Shown: positions 17,769 through 27,480, numbered from the stretch's first letter. The stretch is 47,195 bases of DNA from an uncultured Gammaproteobacteria bacterium (GCA_964479455.1 CAYZMF010000002.1:1-47195), one strand, 5' to 3'. Notes: generated from the sequence alone by a model not told the origin. Numbers and translations are program-made.

Positions 17769-18368
17769 ATGAAATATAGCGGTGATTATGTAAAAACATA
17801 TAGAAAGGTTAGCCAAGAGATTGATGAGCTCTTTTGGTGTCGGTGGTCGCCACGGGCGATGACTGGTGAGACTTTAAAACAAAACGAAGTCCTCTCCTTA
17901 CTCGAAGCGGCTCGTTTTGCCCCTTCATCTTTCAATGAGCAACCTTGGCGTTTTATCTACTCCCTTAAAGACAGTTTAGCCTGGCAGAAAATATTAGATT
18001 GTTTAGTCCCTTTTAATCAGGAGTGGGCAAAAAATTCTGGAGCTTTAGTGATAGTTTTGAGTCGTAAGAATTATCTTAAGAATAATAAACTCAATGATAA
18101 GGCGAGCTTTGATACGGGATCTGCCTGGCAAAACATAGCTTTGCAAGCAAGTTTAAAATCATTAGTTGCCCATGGTATGGGTGGTTTTGATTTAGAGAGG
18201 CTAAGAAACAGTTTTTCAATTAATGATGACTATAATATAGAGATAGTAATCGCTTTAGGACATTTAGCACCAGATAGTACTTTAAGCGAGGAGTTAGCCC
18301 AGCTGGAAAAACCGTCTGATCGTTTAGATTTAGGACAAATTACTAGCTTAGATAAATTTAATTTTTAA
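17769..18368 (+). CDS. Nitroreductase family protein
   Basis: 199 aa. RWSPRAMTGE, AARFAPSSFNEQPWRF, and a GMGGFD-type C-terminal half. Confidence 0.8.
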   Translation: MKYSGDYVKTYRKVSQEIDELFWCRWSPRAMTGETLKQNEVLSLLEAARFAPSSFNEQPWRFIYSLKDSLAWQKILDCLVPFNQEWAKNSGALVIVLSRKNYLKNNKLNDKASFDTGSAWQNIALQASLKSLVAHGMGGFDLERLRNSFSINDDYNIEIVIALGHLAPDSTLSEELAQLEKPSDRLDLGQITSLDKFNF

Positions 18369-18370
18369 CT

Positions 18371-18970
18371 ATGATAAAAAATTATTTTATTATAATTATA
18401 GTAGGGATTATCTTAATTAGTGCTTTAGTCTTAAGAATTACTGACAATAGTGGTCAGTGGATATGTAAGGATGGCGAGTGGGTTAAACAAGGCAGAACAA
18501 ATCAAGAAATGCCAGAGAAGCCTTGTATTGACTATAGTAATATTCACAATTATGATACTTGCTCGCAACTAGATGATTTTATTTGGTGCCAGGAAATAGA
18601 AAAATGTATTGCTAGCACATTATCGTGTTCTGATTTCTTAGAATCAACTGTGTCTTTAGAAATAGAGTTAATTCAACCACTTGCTGGCGAGTTAATTTCT
18701 AGTCCTTATGAAGTTAGGGGTTTAGCCCCCGGGGTCTGGTTTTTTGAAGCTGACTTTGTGATTCAATTACTTGATGAAAATAATAATATTATTAGCACCA
18801 GTCTGGCTACCGCCCAATCAGATTGGATGACAAGCGAACTAGTCCCTTTTATTGCCAATTTAGAATTTGAAACCAATTATCAAGGCAAGGCTAAACTATT
18901 ATTAATTAAAGACAACCCTAGTGACTTAAGAGAATTTGATGACTTTTTTGAGCTAGAAATATCAATTTAA
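18371..18970 (+). CDS. Membrane-anchored Gmad2 immunoglobulin-like domain protein
   Basis: 199 aa. N-terminal TM, Cys-rich linker, then SSPYEVRGLAPGVWFFEADFVIQLLDENN...SDWMTSELVPF, typical of the Gmad2 domain. Confidence 0.65.
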   Translation: MIKNYFIIIIVGIILISALVLRITDNSGQWICKDGEWVKQGRTNQEMPEKPCIDYSNIHNYDTCSQLDDFIWCQEIEKCIASTLSCSDFLESTVSLEIELIQPLAGELISSPYEVRGLAPGVWFFEADFVIQLLDENNNIISTSLATAQSDWMTSELVPFIANLEFETNYQGKAKLLLIKDNPSDLREFDDFFELEISI

Positions 18971-18974
18971 ATAT

Positions 18975-19751
18975 ATGTCAATTAATTATTTAGATAAGAT
19001 TAAAGTAGGTGATGTAATTAAATTGCCGGAAAAGAAAAAAAGACCGCAGGAATATTTAACTCAATTAAAAGATTCAATAGCTGAGATGGCTAAGAGAAAT
19101 AATGATTATTTAGGTTTTAATTATTTTGCTGATGATTTAAAGATTAAAACTAGTCAGCCAGCCGATCTTGACTTTGTTAATGAGAGAGAAGGGGAGTGGT
19201 CAGCTTTAGATAAAAAAGATAAAGAGCAGTGGTTAAAGGATAAGGAGAAAAATACATCTAACATTACCGAGATAGCGATTAGTCTGCTTTTAGATAAACA
19301 CTTAGAAGATAGATATATTATCGCCCGGGCTTCTAGTTTTGATGATTATAAAAATGGCGCTGACAATATTTTAATTGACAAAGAAAGTGGAGATATTGTT
19401 TGTGGTATGGATGGAATAATTGGTCATCAAGGTGATGATGGTAAAGATATTAAGAAAGATAAACTTAAAAAGATTATGGAAAAAGGAGGGGTTAATATTC
19501 AATATGGAGCCAGTTTAGATAAGAAGGGCAAAATTATTCCGGCTAGTTGTAAAAATATACCGGCCTTCTATTTATCCTTAAGTAAGGAGGATCTCTCAAG
19601 ACTTCTAAAGGCCTACTACTCAAAACAAGCTGATGTCTTAGAGGAATTATTTAGCAAGCTAATTAATTCAATTAAAGAGCAGCTTGAGGCTTATAATAAG
19701 ATGAATTTAAATGAGAATCTGCGGGCTAATTTAAATAAATTTAAAATATGA
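18975..19751 (+). CDS. Hypothetical protein
   Basis: 258-aa charged soluble ORF with no motif I recognise. Its stop overlaps the cysS start (ATGA). Confidence 0.6.
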   Translation: MSINYLDKIKVGDVIKLPEKKKRPQEYLTQLKDSIAEMAKRNNDYLGFNYFADDLKIKTSQPADLDFVNEREGEWSALDKKDKEQWLKDKEKNTSNITEIAISLLLDKHLEDRYIIARASSFDDYKNGADNILIDKESGDIVCGMDGIIGHQGDDGKDIKKDKLKKIMEKGGVNIQYGASLDKKGKIIPASCKNIPAFYLSLSKEDLSRLLKAYYSKQADVLEELFSKLINSIKEQLEAYNKMNLNENLRANLNKFKI

Positions 19752-21163
19752 AGCTATATCTATATAATACTCTAAGTTTAGAGAAGGAAGAATTTAAAGA
19801 AATTAAAAACAAGGAAGTGGGAATCTATAGCTGTGGTCCGACTGTCTATAATTATGCTCATCTTGGCAATCTACGAGCCTATCTTTTTGTTGATCTTTTA
19901 AAAAGAACTTTGTTATATAATGATTATAAAGTAAGGCATGTTATGAATATTACTGATGTTGGACACTTAAGCGGAGACATGGACATGGGCGATGACAAAA
20001 TAGAAAGCCAGGCCAGGAAGGAGAAGAAAGATGCCTGGCAAATTGCTGATTATTACACCCAAGCTTTCAAAAAAGATTTAAAATTATTAAATATTATAGA
20101 ACCAGATATTTGGGCTAAGGTTAGTGATTATATTGCTGAGCAAATTGAATTAATCAAAATTTTAGAAGTAAAAGGATTTAGCTACAAAACTAGTGATGGG
20201 CTATATTTTGACACTTCGCTCGTTAATGATTATAACAAATTAAGTCATTTGCCTCTTGAAAGTCTAAAAGAAGGGGCGCGCGTAGAAATAAATATTGAAA
20301 AGAAAAATCCGACTGATTTTGCTTTATGGAAATTTTCTCCTCAAGATAAAAAAAGACAAATGGAATGGCCCTCTCCTTGGGGGCTTGGTTTTCCTGGTTG
20401 GCATATTGAATGCTCCGCTTTAAGTCGTCATTTTTTAGGCGAGCAAAGAGATATTCACTGCGGGGGGATTGACCATATAAATGTTCATCATAGCAATGAG
20501 ATTGCTCAAAGCGAATCAGCTTACGGTGAAAAATATTTTAATTATTGGCTTCATAATGCTTTTTTAAATATTGTTGGTGGTAAAAAAATGGCCAAAAGTG
20601 AGAACAATTTTTTAAGCTTGGAGTCTGCTGTTATTAATAAAAATATTAATCCGCTAGCCTTTCGTTTGGCTAGTCTGCAAGTTCATTATCGAAAAAATAT
20701 GGAGTTTTCTTTAGTTAGCTTAAAAAATATAGAAAATTCATTAAATAGAATCTATCAGCAAGTGGCTAACTTAAAGACTGAAGTTAAAACTTTTGGAGAA
20801 ATTAACCAAGAAAAGAAAAAGGAATTTAATTTAGCCCTTAACGATGATTTAAATTCTGCCCAAGCTTTAGCTATTTTAAATAATCTTTTAAAGTCAGAAG
20901 AGATAAAGGCTCAAGATAAATTAGCAACTGTTTATGACTTTGATTTAGTTTTGGCTTTGGACTTAAAAAATTCTCACTTGTATTTAAAACAAGAACTTGA
21001 AGTAGAAAGACTAAATGATAAGATTAAAAACCTCTTAAAGCAAAGAAAGGAGGCTAAAGAAAAGAGGAATTATAGTCAAGCTGATTTAATTAGAGAGAAA
21101 CTTTCTAATTTAGGTTATCTAATTGAAGACAAGGGCAATGAGCAGTTTATCTATGAAAAATAA
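19748..21163 (+). CDS. cysS: Cysteine--tRNA ligase
   Basis: 471 aa. CGPTVYNYAHLGNLR (HIGH), GWHIECSA (Zn site), KMAKS (KMSKS). Confidence 0.93.
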   Translation: MKLYLYNTLSLEKEEFKEIKNKEVGIYSCGPTVYNYAHLGNLRAYLFVDLLKRTLLYNDYKVRHVMNITDVGHLSGDMDMGDDKIESQARKEKKDAWQIADYYTQAFKKDLKLLNIIEPDIWAKVSDYIAEQIELIKILEVKGFSYKTSDGLYFDTSLVNDYNKLSHLPLESLKEGARVEINIEKKNPTDFALWKFSPQDKKRQMEWPSPWGLGFPGWHIECSALSRHFLGEQRDIHCGGIDHINVHHSNEIAQSESAYGEKYFNYWLHNAFLNIVGGKKMAKSENNFLSLESAVINKNINPLAFRLASLQVHYRKNMEFSLVSLKNIENSLNRIYQQVANLKTEVKTFGEINQEKKKEFNLALNDDLNSAQALAILNNLLKSEEIKAQDKLATVYDFDLVLALDLKNSHLYLKQELEVERLNDKIKNLLKQRKEAKEKRNYSQADLIREKLSNLGYLIEDKGNEQFIYEK

Positions 21164-22085
21164 TTTCTGGAATAATTTTAAAAAGCCGATCTTAGCCCTG
21201 GCTCCGATGGCCGGCTTTACAAATCTAGTTTTTAGAAAGATTTGTTTAGACTATCGAGCGGACATTGTCTATAGTGAAATGGCCTCAGTAGCTGCTTTAT
21301 ATTTTCAGGAGAATAAAGAAAAAACTCTAAAACTACTTAAAACTGATCAGGAAGACAAAAATTACATTGTTCAACTTTTTGGTTCTGAGCCGAAACACTT
21401 CGCCTTAGCTGCTAAGATTGTTAGCCAAGAGATAAGGCCAAGCGGAATTGATATCAATTTTGGCTGCCCAGTGGCCAAGGTCTTAAAACAAAAGGCTGGT
21501 GTTTATCTAATGCAAGATAAAAAACGAGCTAAAGAGATTGTTCAAACGGTTTTAGAAAATACTGACTTGCCGGTTTCAATAAAGATTCGGAAAGAAGCTT
21601 TTGGTGTAAATGCCTTAGATTTCTTAGAGGAAATAATTAAATTACCAATTAAAGCAATCATGGTTCATGCCCGAAGTTTAAAGCAGGGCTTTAGTGGAGA
21701 AATTGATTATGACTTAATTAAAAAAATAAAGACAAGATTTAAAGGTATAGTTTTAGCTAATGGGGGAATAAATAGCCTTAAGCAAGCTATCTATACCCTA
21801 AAGAAAACCCAAGCCGATGGTCTCGGTTTAGGCCGGGGCGTCTTATCTCGACCGTGGCTATTTCAAGAGATAAAAGAAGGGAGAGAGATTAAATTATTGC
21901 CAAAAGAAATTTTTGAAATAATAAAGAAACAGGCTAATTTAGTGGAAAAAGATTTGGGGCCAGAGGCAATCGTTGAGCTGAGAAAACATTTATGTTTCTA
22001 TGTTAAAGACCTGCCTCAAGCCAGTGCTTATCGCCAGCGCTTAGTTAGCATCACTCGAGCCAGTGATTTAAATAAGATAATATGA
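21153..22085 (+). CDS. dusB: tRNA-dihydrouridine synthase
   Basis: LAPMAGFTNLVFR, DINFGCP, VHARS. I prefer the ATG at 21153 (MKNNFWNNFKKPILALAPMAG) over the ORF-track start at 21123. Confidence 0.85.
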   Translation: MKNNFWNNFKKPILALAPMAGFTNLVFRKICLDYRADIVYSEMASVAALYFQENKEKTLKLLKTDQEDKNYIVQLFGSEPKHFALAAKIVSQEIRPSGIDINFGCPVAKVLKQKAGVYLMQDKKRAKEIVQTVLENTDLPVSIKIRKEAFGVNALDFLEEIIKLPIKAIMVHARSLKQGFSGEIDYDLIKKIKTRFKGIVLANGGINSLKQAIYTLKKTQADGLGLGRGVLSRPWLFQEIKEGREIKLLPKEIFEIIKKQANLVEKDLGPEAIVELRKHLCFYVKDLPQASAYRQRLVSITRASDLNKII

Positions 22086-22429
22086 CCTTAATTATTGATA
22101 CTAGCGATAGTCAGTATTTGAAAGTCGCCTTAGAGGGGATTAGCTCTATTAAAACCCCAGCCCTATTTAAACAATCAGAAAAACTATTGCCAAGCATTGC
22201 TAGGCTTCTTGAAAAGGAAAATAAAGAGATCAAAGACATCAAGGAAATAAAAGTGGCTGATAGTGGTGATAGTTTTACAGCTCTGCGAATTGGATTATTA
22301 ACGGCCAATGCCCTAGCCTACGCCTTAAATATTCCGATTAAGAGTTTAAATGACTCAAGGGTAAAAAAAATAATCAAGCCACAATATCAAGCCGAGCCAA
22401 GGATTGGAAAAAGGAAAGAAAATAAGTAA
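22082..22429 (+). CDS. tsaB: TsaB-like t6A biosynthesis protein, N-terminal half only
   Basis: 115 aa. LIIDTSDS...KVAL and ADSGDSFTALRIGLLTANALAYALNIP align to the YeaZ/TsaB N-domain (canonical GPGSFTGLRIG). Confidence 0.7.
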   Translation: MTLIIDTSDSQYLKVALEGISSIKTPALFKQSEKLLPSIARLLEKENKEIKDIKEIKVADSGDSFTALRIGLLTANALAYALNIPIKSLNDSRVKKIIKPQYQAEPRIGKRKENK

Positions 22430-22456
22430 TTTCTAAAGAAAAATTATAAAATAATT

Positions 22457-22482
22457 AATCACTTGTGGATAAGTGATTTTTT
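22457..22482 (+). terminator. Rho-independent terminator after tsaB
   Basis: Perfect 8-bp stem aatcactt/aagtgatt, 6-nt loop gtggat, followed by tttttt. Confidence 0.5.
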
Positions 22483-22520
22483 ATTAACTTTTTTCCCTTA
22501 TCTTAGATAAATTAGAATAG

Positions 22521-22549
22521 TTGACCTGCGGGGATAAGTGGTGTATAAT
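22521..22549 (+). promoter_or_regulatory. Sigma70-like promoter (TTGACC-17-TATAAT) of the mraZ/dcw operon
   Basis: ttgacc at 22521-22526, 17-nt spacer, tataat at 22544-22549, 47 nt upstream of the mraZ ATG. Confidence 0.6.
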
Positions 22550-22596
22550 TAAATCATCTAGGTGAAAAGTGGGGAACTAAGGGGAAATAAAAAAAT

Positions 22597-23028
22597 ATGT
22601 TTATTGGACAATATACACATAATTTAGATGACAAAGGCAGACTGGCAATTCCGGCTAAGTTTCGCAGTCTTCTTAAGAAAGGGGCAGTTATTACCAAGGG
22701 GTTGGATAATTGTCTTTTTTTATACCCTAAAGACCAATTTACTAAGATGGCAGAAAAGTTTGCCAATTTACCAATTGGTCAATCAAAGGTTAGGGCTTTA
22801 ACTAGACATTTAATTGGCGGAGCGATTGATGTTGAATTTGATAATCAGGGGAGGGTAACTTTACCGGTTCATCTAAGGTCCTTTGCTGCTTTAAATAAGA
22901 ATACGGTAATTTCTGGACTATATAATCATATTGAAATTTGGAATGAAGAAAAGTGGACAGCCTATAAGGGTGAAATAGAAGAAAATAGCAATGATATAGC
23001 TGAGGCTTTAGGGGATTTGGGCATTTAG
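22597..23028 (+). CDS. mraZ: Transcriptional regulator MraZ
   Basis: 143 aa with two SpoVT/AbrB-like halves: LDDKGRLAIPAKFR and FDNQGRVTLPVHLR. Confidence 0.93.
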   Translation: MFIGQYTHNLDDKGRLAIPAKFRSLLKKGAVITKGLDNCLFLYPKDQFTKMAEKFANLPIGQSKVRALTRHLIGGAIDVEFDNQGRVTLPVHLRSFAALNKNTVISGLYNHIEIWNEEKWTAYKGEIEENSNDIAEALGDLGI

Positions 23029-23029
23029 T

Positions 23030-23920
23030 ATGTCAGTTCATATTCCCGTTTTATTAAAAGAGTTAATTGAAAATATAAAAATAAAAAAAGGAGATAAAGT
23101 TCTTGATGCAACTTTAGGGGCTGGGGCTTATAGTTTAAAAATTAGAGAAATTATTGGCGATGCAGGAGAATTAATTTGTCTAGATGAAGATGACTTAGCT
23201 GTTTTAAAATTTAAGGAGATAATCAAAGACAAGGGCCTTGTAAACATTAAGGCTTTACAGTCAAATTTTAGAGACATAGGTGAATTAAATTTAAAGAAAG
23301 ATAATTTTCAAGCAATTGTGGCTGATCTGGGTCTTTCCAGTGATCAATTAGCTGATGAAAAAAGAGGTTTTTCCTTCAAGAATTTAGATAGCCCCTTAGA
23401 CATGGCTTTTGGAGAAAGGCCAGATATATTAACTACTGATATAGTAAATAAATATTCATTAACAGAATTAATTAAAATATTTAAAGAATTAGGAGAAGAA
23501 CCCCATGCTTGTCGTGTCGCTCGGGCAATTGTTTCCTCCAGGAGGAAGGAAAGGATTGCCCGAGTTGGTCAATTAGTAGAGATTATAGAAGAGGCAATTG
23601 GTGGCTACTATAAGAAAAAGAAGATTCATCCGGCTACGCTAAGCTTTCAGGCCTTAAGAATGGAGACCAACCAAGAATTAGTTAGTTTAGAAAAGTTTTT
23701 ACCCCAATCCTTTGATTATTTAGCCCTAAATGGACATCTGGCAATCGTCTCTTTCCATAGTGGTGAAGACAGGCTAGTTAAACATTATTTTAAAAAATTG
23801 AAAGAACTAGGGCAGGTAGAGCTAATTACTAAAAAGCCAATTACTGCTAGTCAAGAGGAATTAATGGTTAATAAAAGGGCAAGGAGTGCTAAATTAAGAG
23901 TAATTAAAAAAATAATATAA
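23030..23920 (+). CDS. rsmH: 16S rRNA (cytosine1402-N4)-methyltransferase
   Basis: 296 aa. HIPVLLKE, DATLGAGAYS, DLGLSSDQL, SFHSGEDR, NKRARSAKLRV. Confidence 0.92.
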   Translation: MSVHIPVLLKELIENIKIKKGDKVLDATLGAGAYSLKIREIIGDAGELICLDEDDLAVLKFKEIIKDKGLVNIKALQSNFRDIGELNLKKDNFQAIVADLGLSSDQLADEKRGFSFKNLDSPLDMAFGERPDILTTDIVNKYSLTELIKIFKELGEEPHACRVARAIVSSRRKERIARVGQLVEIIEEAIGGYYKKKKIHPATLSFQALRMETNQELVSLEKFLPQSFDYLALNGHLAIVSFHSGEDRLVKHYFKKLKELGQVELITKKPITASQEELMVNKRARSAKLRVIKKII

Positions 23921-23926
23921 ATCAAT

Positions 23927-24259
23927 ATGAAATCTTTCAACTGTTGTTTTAAGAAAAAGAAAAAAAATCTTAGTTTTTTTACGCTTAAAAAAATTAATAT
24001 TGGCCTATTCCTTTTTCTTTTTGTTGTTTCCTTCGCGTATATTCTTTTAGTAAATAATATTACCGTTAAGGGCTTTGAGTTGCGAGATTTACGGGCCCAA
24101 ATTAATGATTTAAATGAAGAAAACCGTAGTCTAGAAACTAATTTAATGAGCATGAAAGCTTATGGCAATATTTATAGTCAAGTAGAGGATTTAAACATGG
24201 TAGCAATAGCAGATTTCGATTATATCAATCTATCTGATTTTAGTGTGGCTAAGAAATAA
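23927..24259 (+). CDS. ftsL: FtsL-like cell division protein
   Basis: 110 aa. Basic N-terminus, one TM, then a coiled-coil (LRAQINDLNEENRSLETNL). It sits in the canonical position between rsmH and ftsI. Confidence 0.65.
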   Translation: MKSFNCCFKKKKKNLSFFTLKKINIGLFLFLFVVSFAYILLVNNITVKGFELRDLRAQINDLNEENRSLETNLMSMKAYGNIYSQVEDLNMVAIADFDYINLSDFSVAKK

Positions 24260-24264
24260 AAAGT

Positions 24265-26208
24265 ATGTGGCAGGATTTTAATCGCAAAAAAGGTCGACAG
24301 AAAATACTGGCACCTAGTAATCGCTTGAACTTTGGTATAGCGATTATTTTTTTATTATTTCTAGCCCTTATTGGGCAATTATTTAAAATACAAATTATTG
24401 ATAATGATAGGTATTTGGCTCTTGCTCTCAATCAACATCAAATAAGCAGTGAACTAAGCCCTGACCGGGGAAAGATTTTTTTGCAAGAAACAATTGCTGG
24501 CAAAAAGATGCCATATTTAGTAGCTAGTAATAAAGACTATGCCTTCATATTTACCATTCCAAAAGATATAAAAGAGCCTCAACTATTGGCCGAGAAATTT
24601 TATCTTTTTTTTGATCAAGAGCAATCCTTAGAAGAGCTAAAAGAAGCTGAAATCGAAGAAGATGAATTAAAAGAATTATTTTTAAAATCTTTTAAAGAAG
24701 AAAAAATAAAGCAGTATCTTAAGATATTGGATAAGCCAGGCGACCCTTATGAGCCATTTTTAGATAAAGTAGAGGATAAATTACTCCTAGATTTTTATGC
24801 TTTTTTAATAAGTGATGAGAAAAACCAATATAGCTCTGATGATTTAATGAGAAAGAGGAATAAAATCTATTTTAAAGATAGTCAAGATTTGATTAATATA
24901 AAGGGGCTTTCTTTTAATATGCAGAGTCATCGTTTCTATCCAGAGCCAAGTCTCGCTTCTCACCTTCTAGGCTTTGTGGGTATGAAGGAGGATAAACTAA
25001 AGGGTCAATACGGAATTGAGGAATTTTTTGAAAAGGAATTAGCCGGACAGTTAGGTTATTTAAAATCTGAGAAAGGAGCTGGCAATACTTTAATCATAAA
25101 TGATCGCGACCATTTTAAAGCTCAGCCTGGTAGCGATCTATTATTAACAATTGACCGCAGTGTTCAATATTATGCTTGTCAAAAATTAGAAGAAACTATT
25201 GGAAATTATCAAGCTAGCGGGGGAAGCGTGATAATCGTGGAAACGCAAACAGGAGCAATTAAGGCTATGTGCTCAAGTCCCGCTTATGATCCAAATAATT
25301 ATCGCCAAGTAGAAGATATTTCTGTTTTTAGTAATCCGGCAGTTTATCATCAATTTGAACCAGGTTCAACTTTTAAAACAATCACGGTCGCAGCGGCTAT
25401 CAATGAGGGGAAGGTAAATCCTAAAACAAGTTTTTTTGATGAAGGGAAAATATTTATTAGTGGCTGGCCTAAAGCGATAACTAATTCCGATTTTGCTAGT
25501 CATGGTGGGCATGGTCTCTCTACGATGCAGGATATGTTAGAAAAATCATTAAATACTGGAGCCATTTTTGCAATGCTTCAAATTGGGCCACAGGTTTTTG
25601 CTCAATATTTACAGGACTTTGGTTTTGGCGAAAGAACGGGAATTGAATTAGGGGCTGAAAGTCCTGGTAATATTGATAATCTACTAGCTAAACGGATTAA
25701 AGAAATTGATGCTGCGACTGCTTCATTTGGTCAAGGGATTGCCGTTACTCCTCTTCAAATGTTAATGTCCTATCAGGCATTAGCTAATAATGGTAAACTA
25801 ATGAAACCCTATATAGTCTCTCAGATTATAAACAAGGGCGATGGCAGTATTATTGAGGTAAAGCCACAAATCGTTCGACAGGTAGTTTCGGAAAAAACTG
25901 CTCAAACCGTGTTGGCAATGCTGGTTAATGTTGTTGAAAAGGGGCATGCTAAAAGAGCGATGATTGAGGGTTACTATATCGGCGGCAAAACGGGAACAGC
26001 CCAAATAGCTAGGCGAGGAGGGTATAGTCGTGATGAATATATTCATGTCTTTACCGGCATATTTCCAATTGATGAGCCTCGTTTTGCGATGATAGTAAAG
26101 CTGGACAAACCTAAGGGGGTTAGGTTTGCCGAAGCTTCCACTGTTCCTTTATGGAAAGATATTGCTCAATTTTTAATCAAACATTATGAAATAGCACCAA
26201 GTCGTTAA
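24265..26208 (+). CDS. ftsI: Penicillin-binding protein (class B transpeptidase, FtsI/PBP2-like)
   Basis: 647 aa. N-terminal TM, dimerisation domain, SxxK (GSTFK), KTGTA (GKTGTAQ). Confidence 0.9.
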   Translation: MWQDFNRKKGRQKILAPSNRLNFGIAIIFLLFLALIGQLFKIQIIDNDRYLALALNQHQISSELSPDRGKIFLQETIAGKKMPYLVASNKDYAFIFTIPKDIKEPQLLAEKFYLFFDQEQSLEELKEAEIEEDELKELFLKSFKEEKIKQYLKILDKPGDPYEPFLDKVEDKLLLDFYAFLISDEKNQYSSDDLMRKRNKIYFKDSQDLINIKGLSFNMQSHRFYPEPSLASHLLGFVGMKEDKLKGQYGIEEFFEKELAGQLGYLKSEKGAGNTLIINDRDHFKAQPGSDLLLTIDRSVQYYACQKLEETIGNYQASGGSVIIVETQTGAIKAMCSSPAYDPNNYRQVEDISVFSNPAVYHQFEPGSTFKTITVAAAINEGKVNPKTSFFDEGKIFISGWPKAITNSDFASHGGHGLSTMQDMLEKSLNTGAIFAMLQIGPQVFAQYLQDFGFGERTGIELGAESPGNIDNLLAKRIKEIDAATASFGQGIAVTPLQMLMSYQALANNGKLMKPYIVSQIINKGDGSIIEVKPQIVRQVVSEKTAQTVLAMLVNVVEKGHAKRAMIEGYYIGGKTGTAQIARRGGYSRDEYIHVFTGIFPIDEPRFAMIVKLDKPKGVRFAEASTVPLWKDIAQFLIKHYEIAPSR

Positions 26209-26211
26209 AAT

Positions 26212-27480
26212 ATGAAAAAAATTTTAGAATTACAATTAAAATTATTAGCGAAACTGGTTTTAAGGAAATATAAGCCAAAGCTTATTAGCATCACTGGTTC
26301 AGTTGGCAAAACCAGCACTAAAGAAGCGAGCTATTTTATTTTAAAAAATCATTTTAGAGTAAGGAGAAGCTATAATAATTATAATAATGAGATTGGCTTA
26401 CCTTTAACTATTTTAGGACAAAAATCAGCCAAGAACTCAATTATAAAGTGGCTTATAATCTTCCTAAAGTCAATTCATTTATTACTAAAGCACGATAAAA
26501 ATTATCCTGAAATTTTGATTTTGGAAATGGGTGTTGACCGACCGGGTGATATGCAGTACTTATGCGACATTGCCAAGCCAGATATTGCCATAGTAACAGC
26601 AATTGGTACAGCCCATCTTGAGTTTTTTAAAAGCCAAGCCAATATTATTAGAGAAAAACAAGTTTTAGTAGAAAATGTTAAAGCTGGAGGCTTAGTTATT
26701 TTAAATCATGATCAAAAAGAAGTTCTAGAGATGGCTAAAAAAAGCCCAGCTAAAAGCCTTAGTTTTGGTTTTTCTAAAAAAGCCGATTTAGGGGCAGTTG
26801 ATTATTTCCTGGATATTAAAAAAGGGGCCAGCTTAAAGCTTAATTTTGAAGGCGCCTTAGTGCCAGCTAATTTTCAAAATATAATTTCAAAAGGAGGGGT
26901 TTATGCCTGTTTAGCTGCCTTATTATTAGCCACTCATTTTGATATTAATCTAATTAAAGGGATTAAAGATTTAAAGAATTTTTCCTTACCAGCTGGTCGA
27001 ATGAAGCCATTTATTGGCCTCAATAACTCGCTCATAATAGATGATAGTTATAATGCCTCTCCTGAGTCAATAATTTTAGCTATTAAAACAATCAAAAGCT
27101 TAAAAAATAAAATTTTAGTATTAGGCGATATTTTAGAAATTGGTGAAGAGATAGCTCAGGCTAGTATTGAAATTGCAAAAGAAATTAATAAATTAAACTT
27201 TAGTCGGGTTATCACTAAAGGAGAAACAGCTATAAATATAAATCGCGAATTATTAGCTTTAGGCTTTTCTCAAAAAAAATTACATCATTTTTCTAGTCCG
27301 AGCCAAATTATTTCCTACTTAAAGCCAAAATTAAGCGAAGACAGTGTTATTCTAGTTAAAGGCAGCCAGGGAGCAAGAATGGAGATTGTAGTTAAAGGTC
27401 TCTTAAAAAATCCTGAATTAGATCAAAAAAATTTAGTCAGACAAGAAGAAGATTGGCTAAAAAGTGCTAAAATGCTATAA
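26212..27480 (+). CDS. murF: UDP-N-acetylmuramoyl-tripeptide--D-alanyl-D-alanine ligase
   Basis: 422 aa. P-loop ITGSVGKTSTKE, YNNYNNEIGLPLT, DDSYNASPES. The N-terminal domain is short. Confidence 0.85.
   Translation: MKKILELQLKLLAKLVLRKYKPKLISITGSVGKTSTKEASYFILKNHFRVRRSYNNYNNEIGLPLTILGQKSAKNSIIKWLIIFLKSIHLLLKHDKNYPEILILEMGVDRPGDMQYLCDIAKPDIAIVTAIGTAHLEFFKSQANIIREKQVLVENVKAGGLVILNHDQKEVLEMAKKSPAKSLSFGFSKKADLGAVDYFLDIKKGASLKLNFEGALVPANFQNIISKGGVYACLAALLLATHFDINLIKGIKDLKNFSLPAGRMKPFIGLNNSLIIDDSYNASPESIILAIKTIKSLKNKILVLGDILEIGEEIAQASIEIAKEINKLNFSRVITKGETAININRELLALGFSQKKLHHFSSPSQIISYLKPKLSEDSVILVKGSQGARMEIVVKGLLKNPELDQKNLVRQEEDWLKSAKML

Noticed and set aside
22464-22472. Perfect DnaA box (TGTGGATAA, the reverse complement of TTATCCACA) upstream of mraZ, with degenerate copies at 22531-22539 and at 15753-15761 upstream of hisS. 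This raised the possibility of an oriC.
   Set aside because: There is only one perfect copy. From approximate base composition I estimate that about half a chance occurrence is expected in a window this size. No dnaA or dnaN is nearby, there is no cluster of boxes and no obvious AT-rich unwinding repeats. The 9-mer also overlaps the upstream-most of the three GTGG-containing boxes (22465-22477) that I interpret as MraZ boxes, and it is part of a terminator hairpin.
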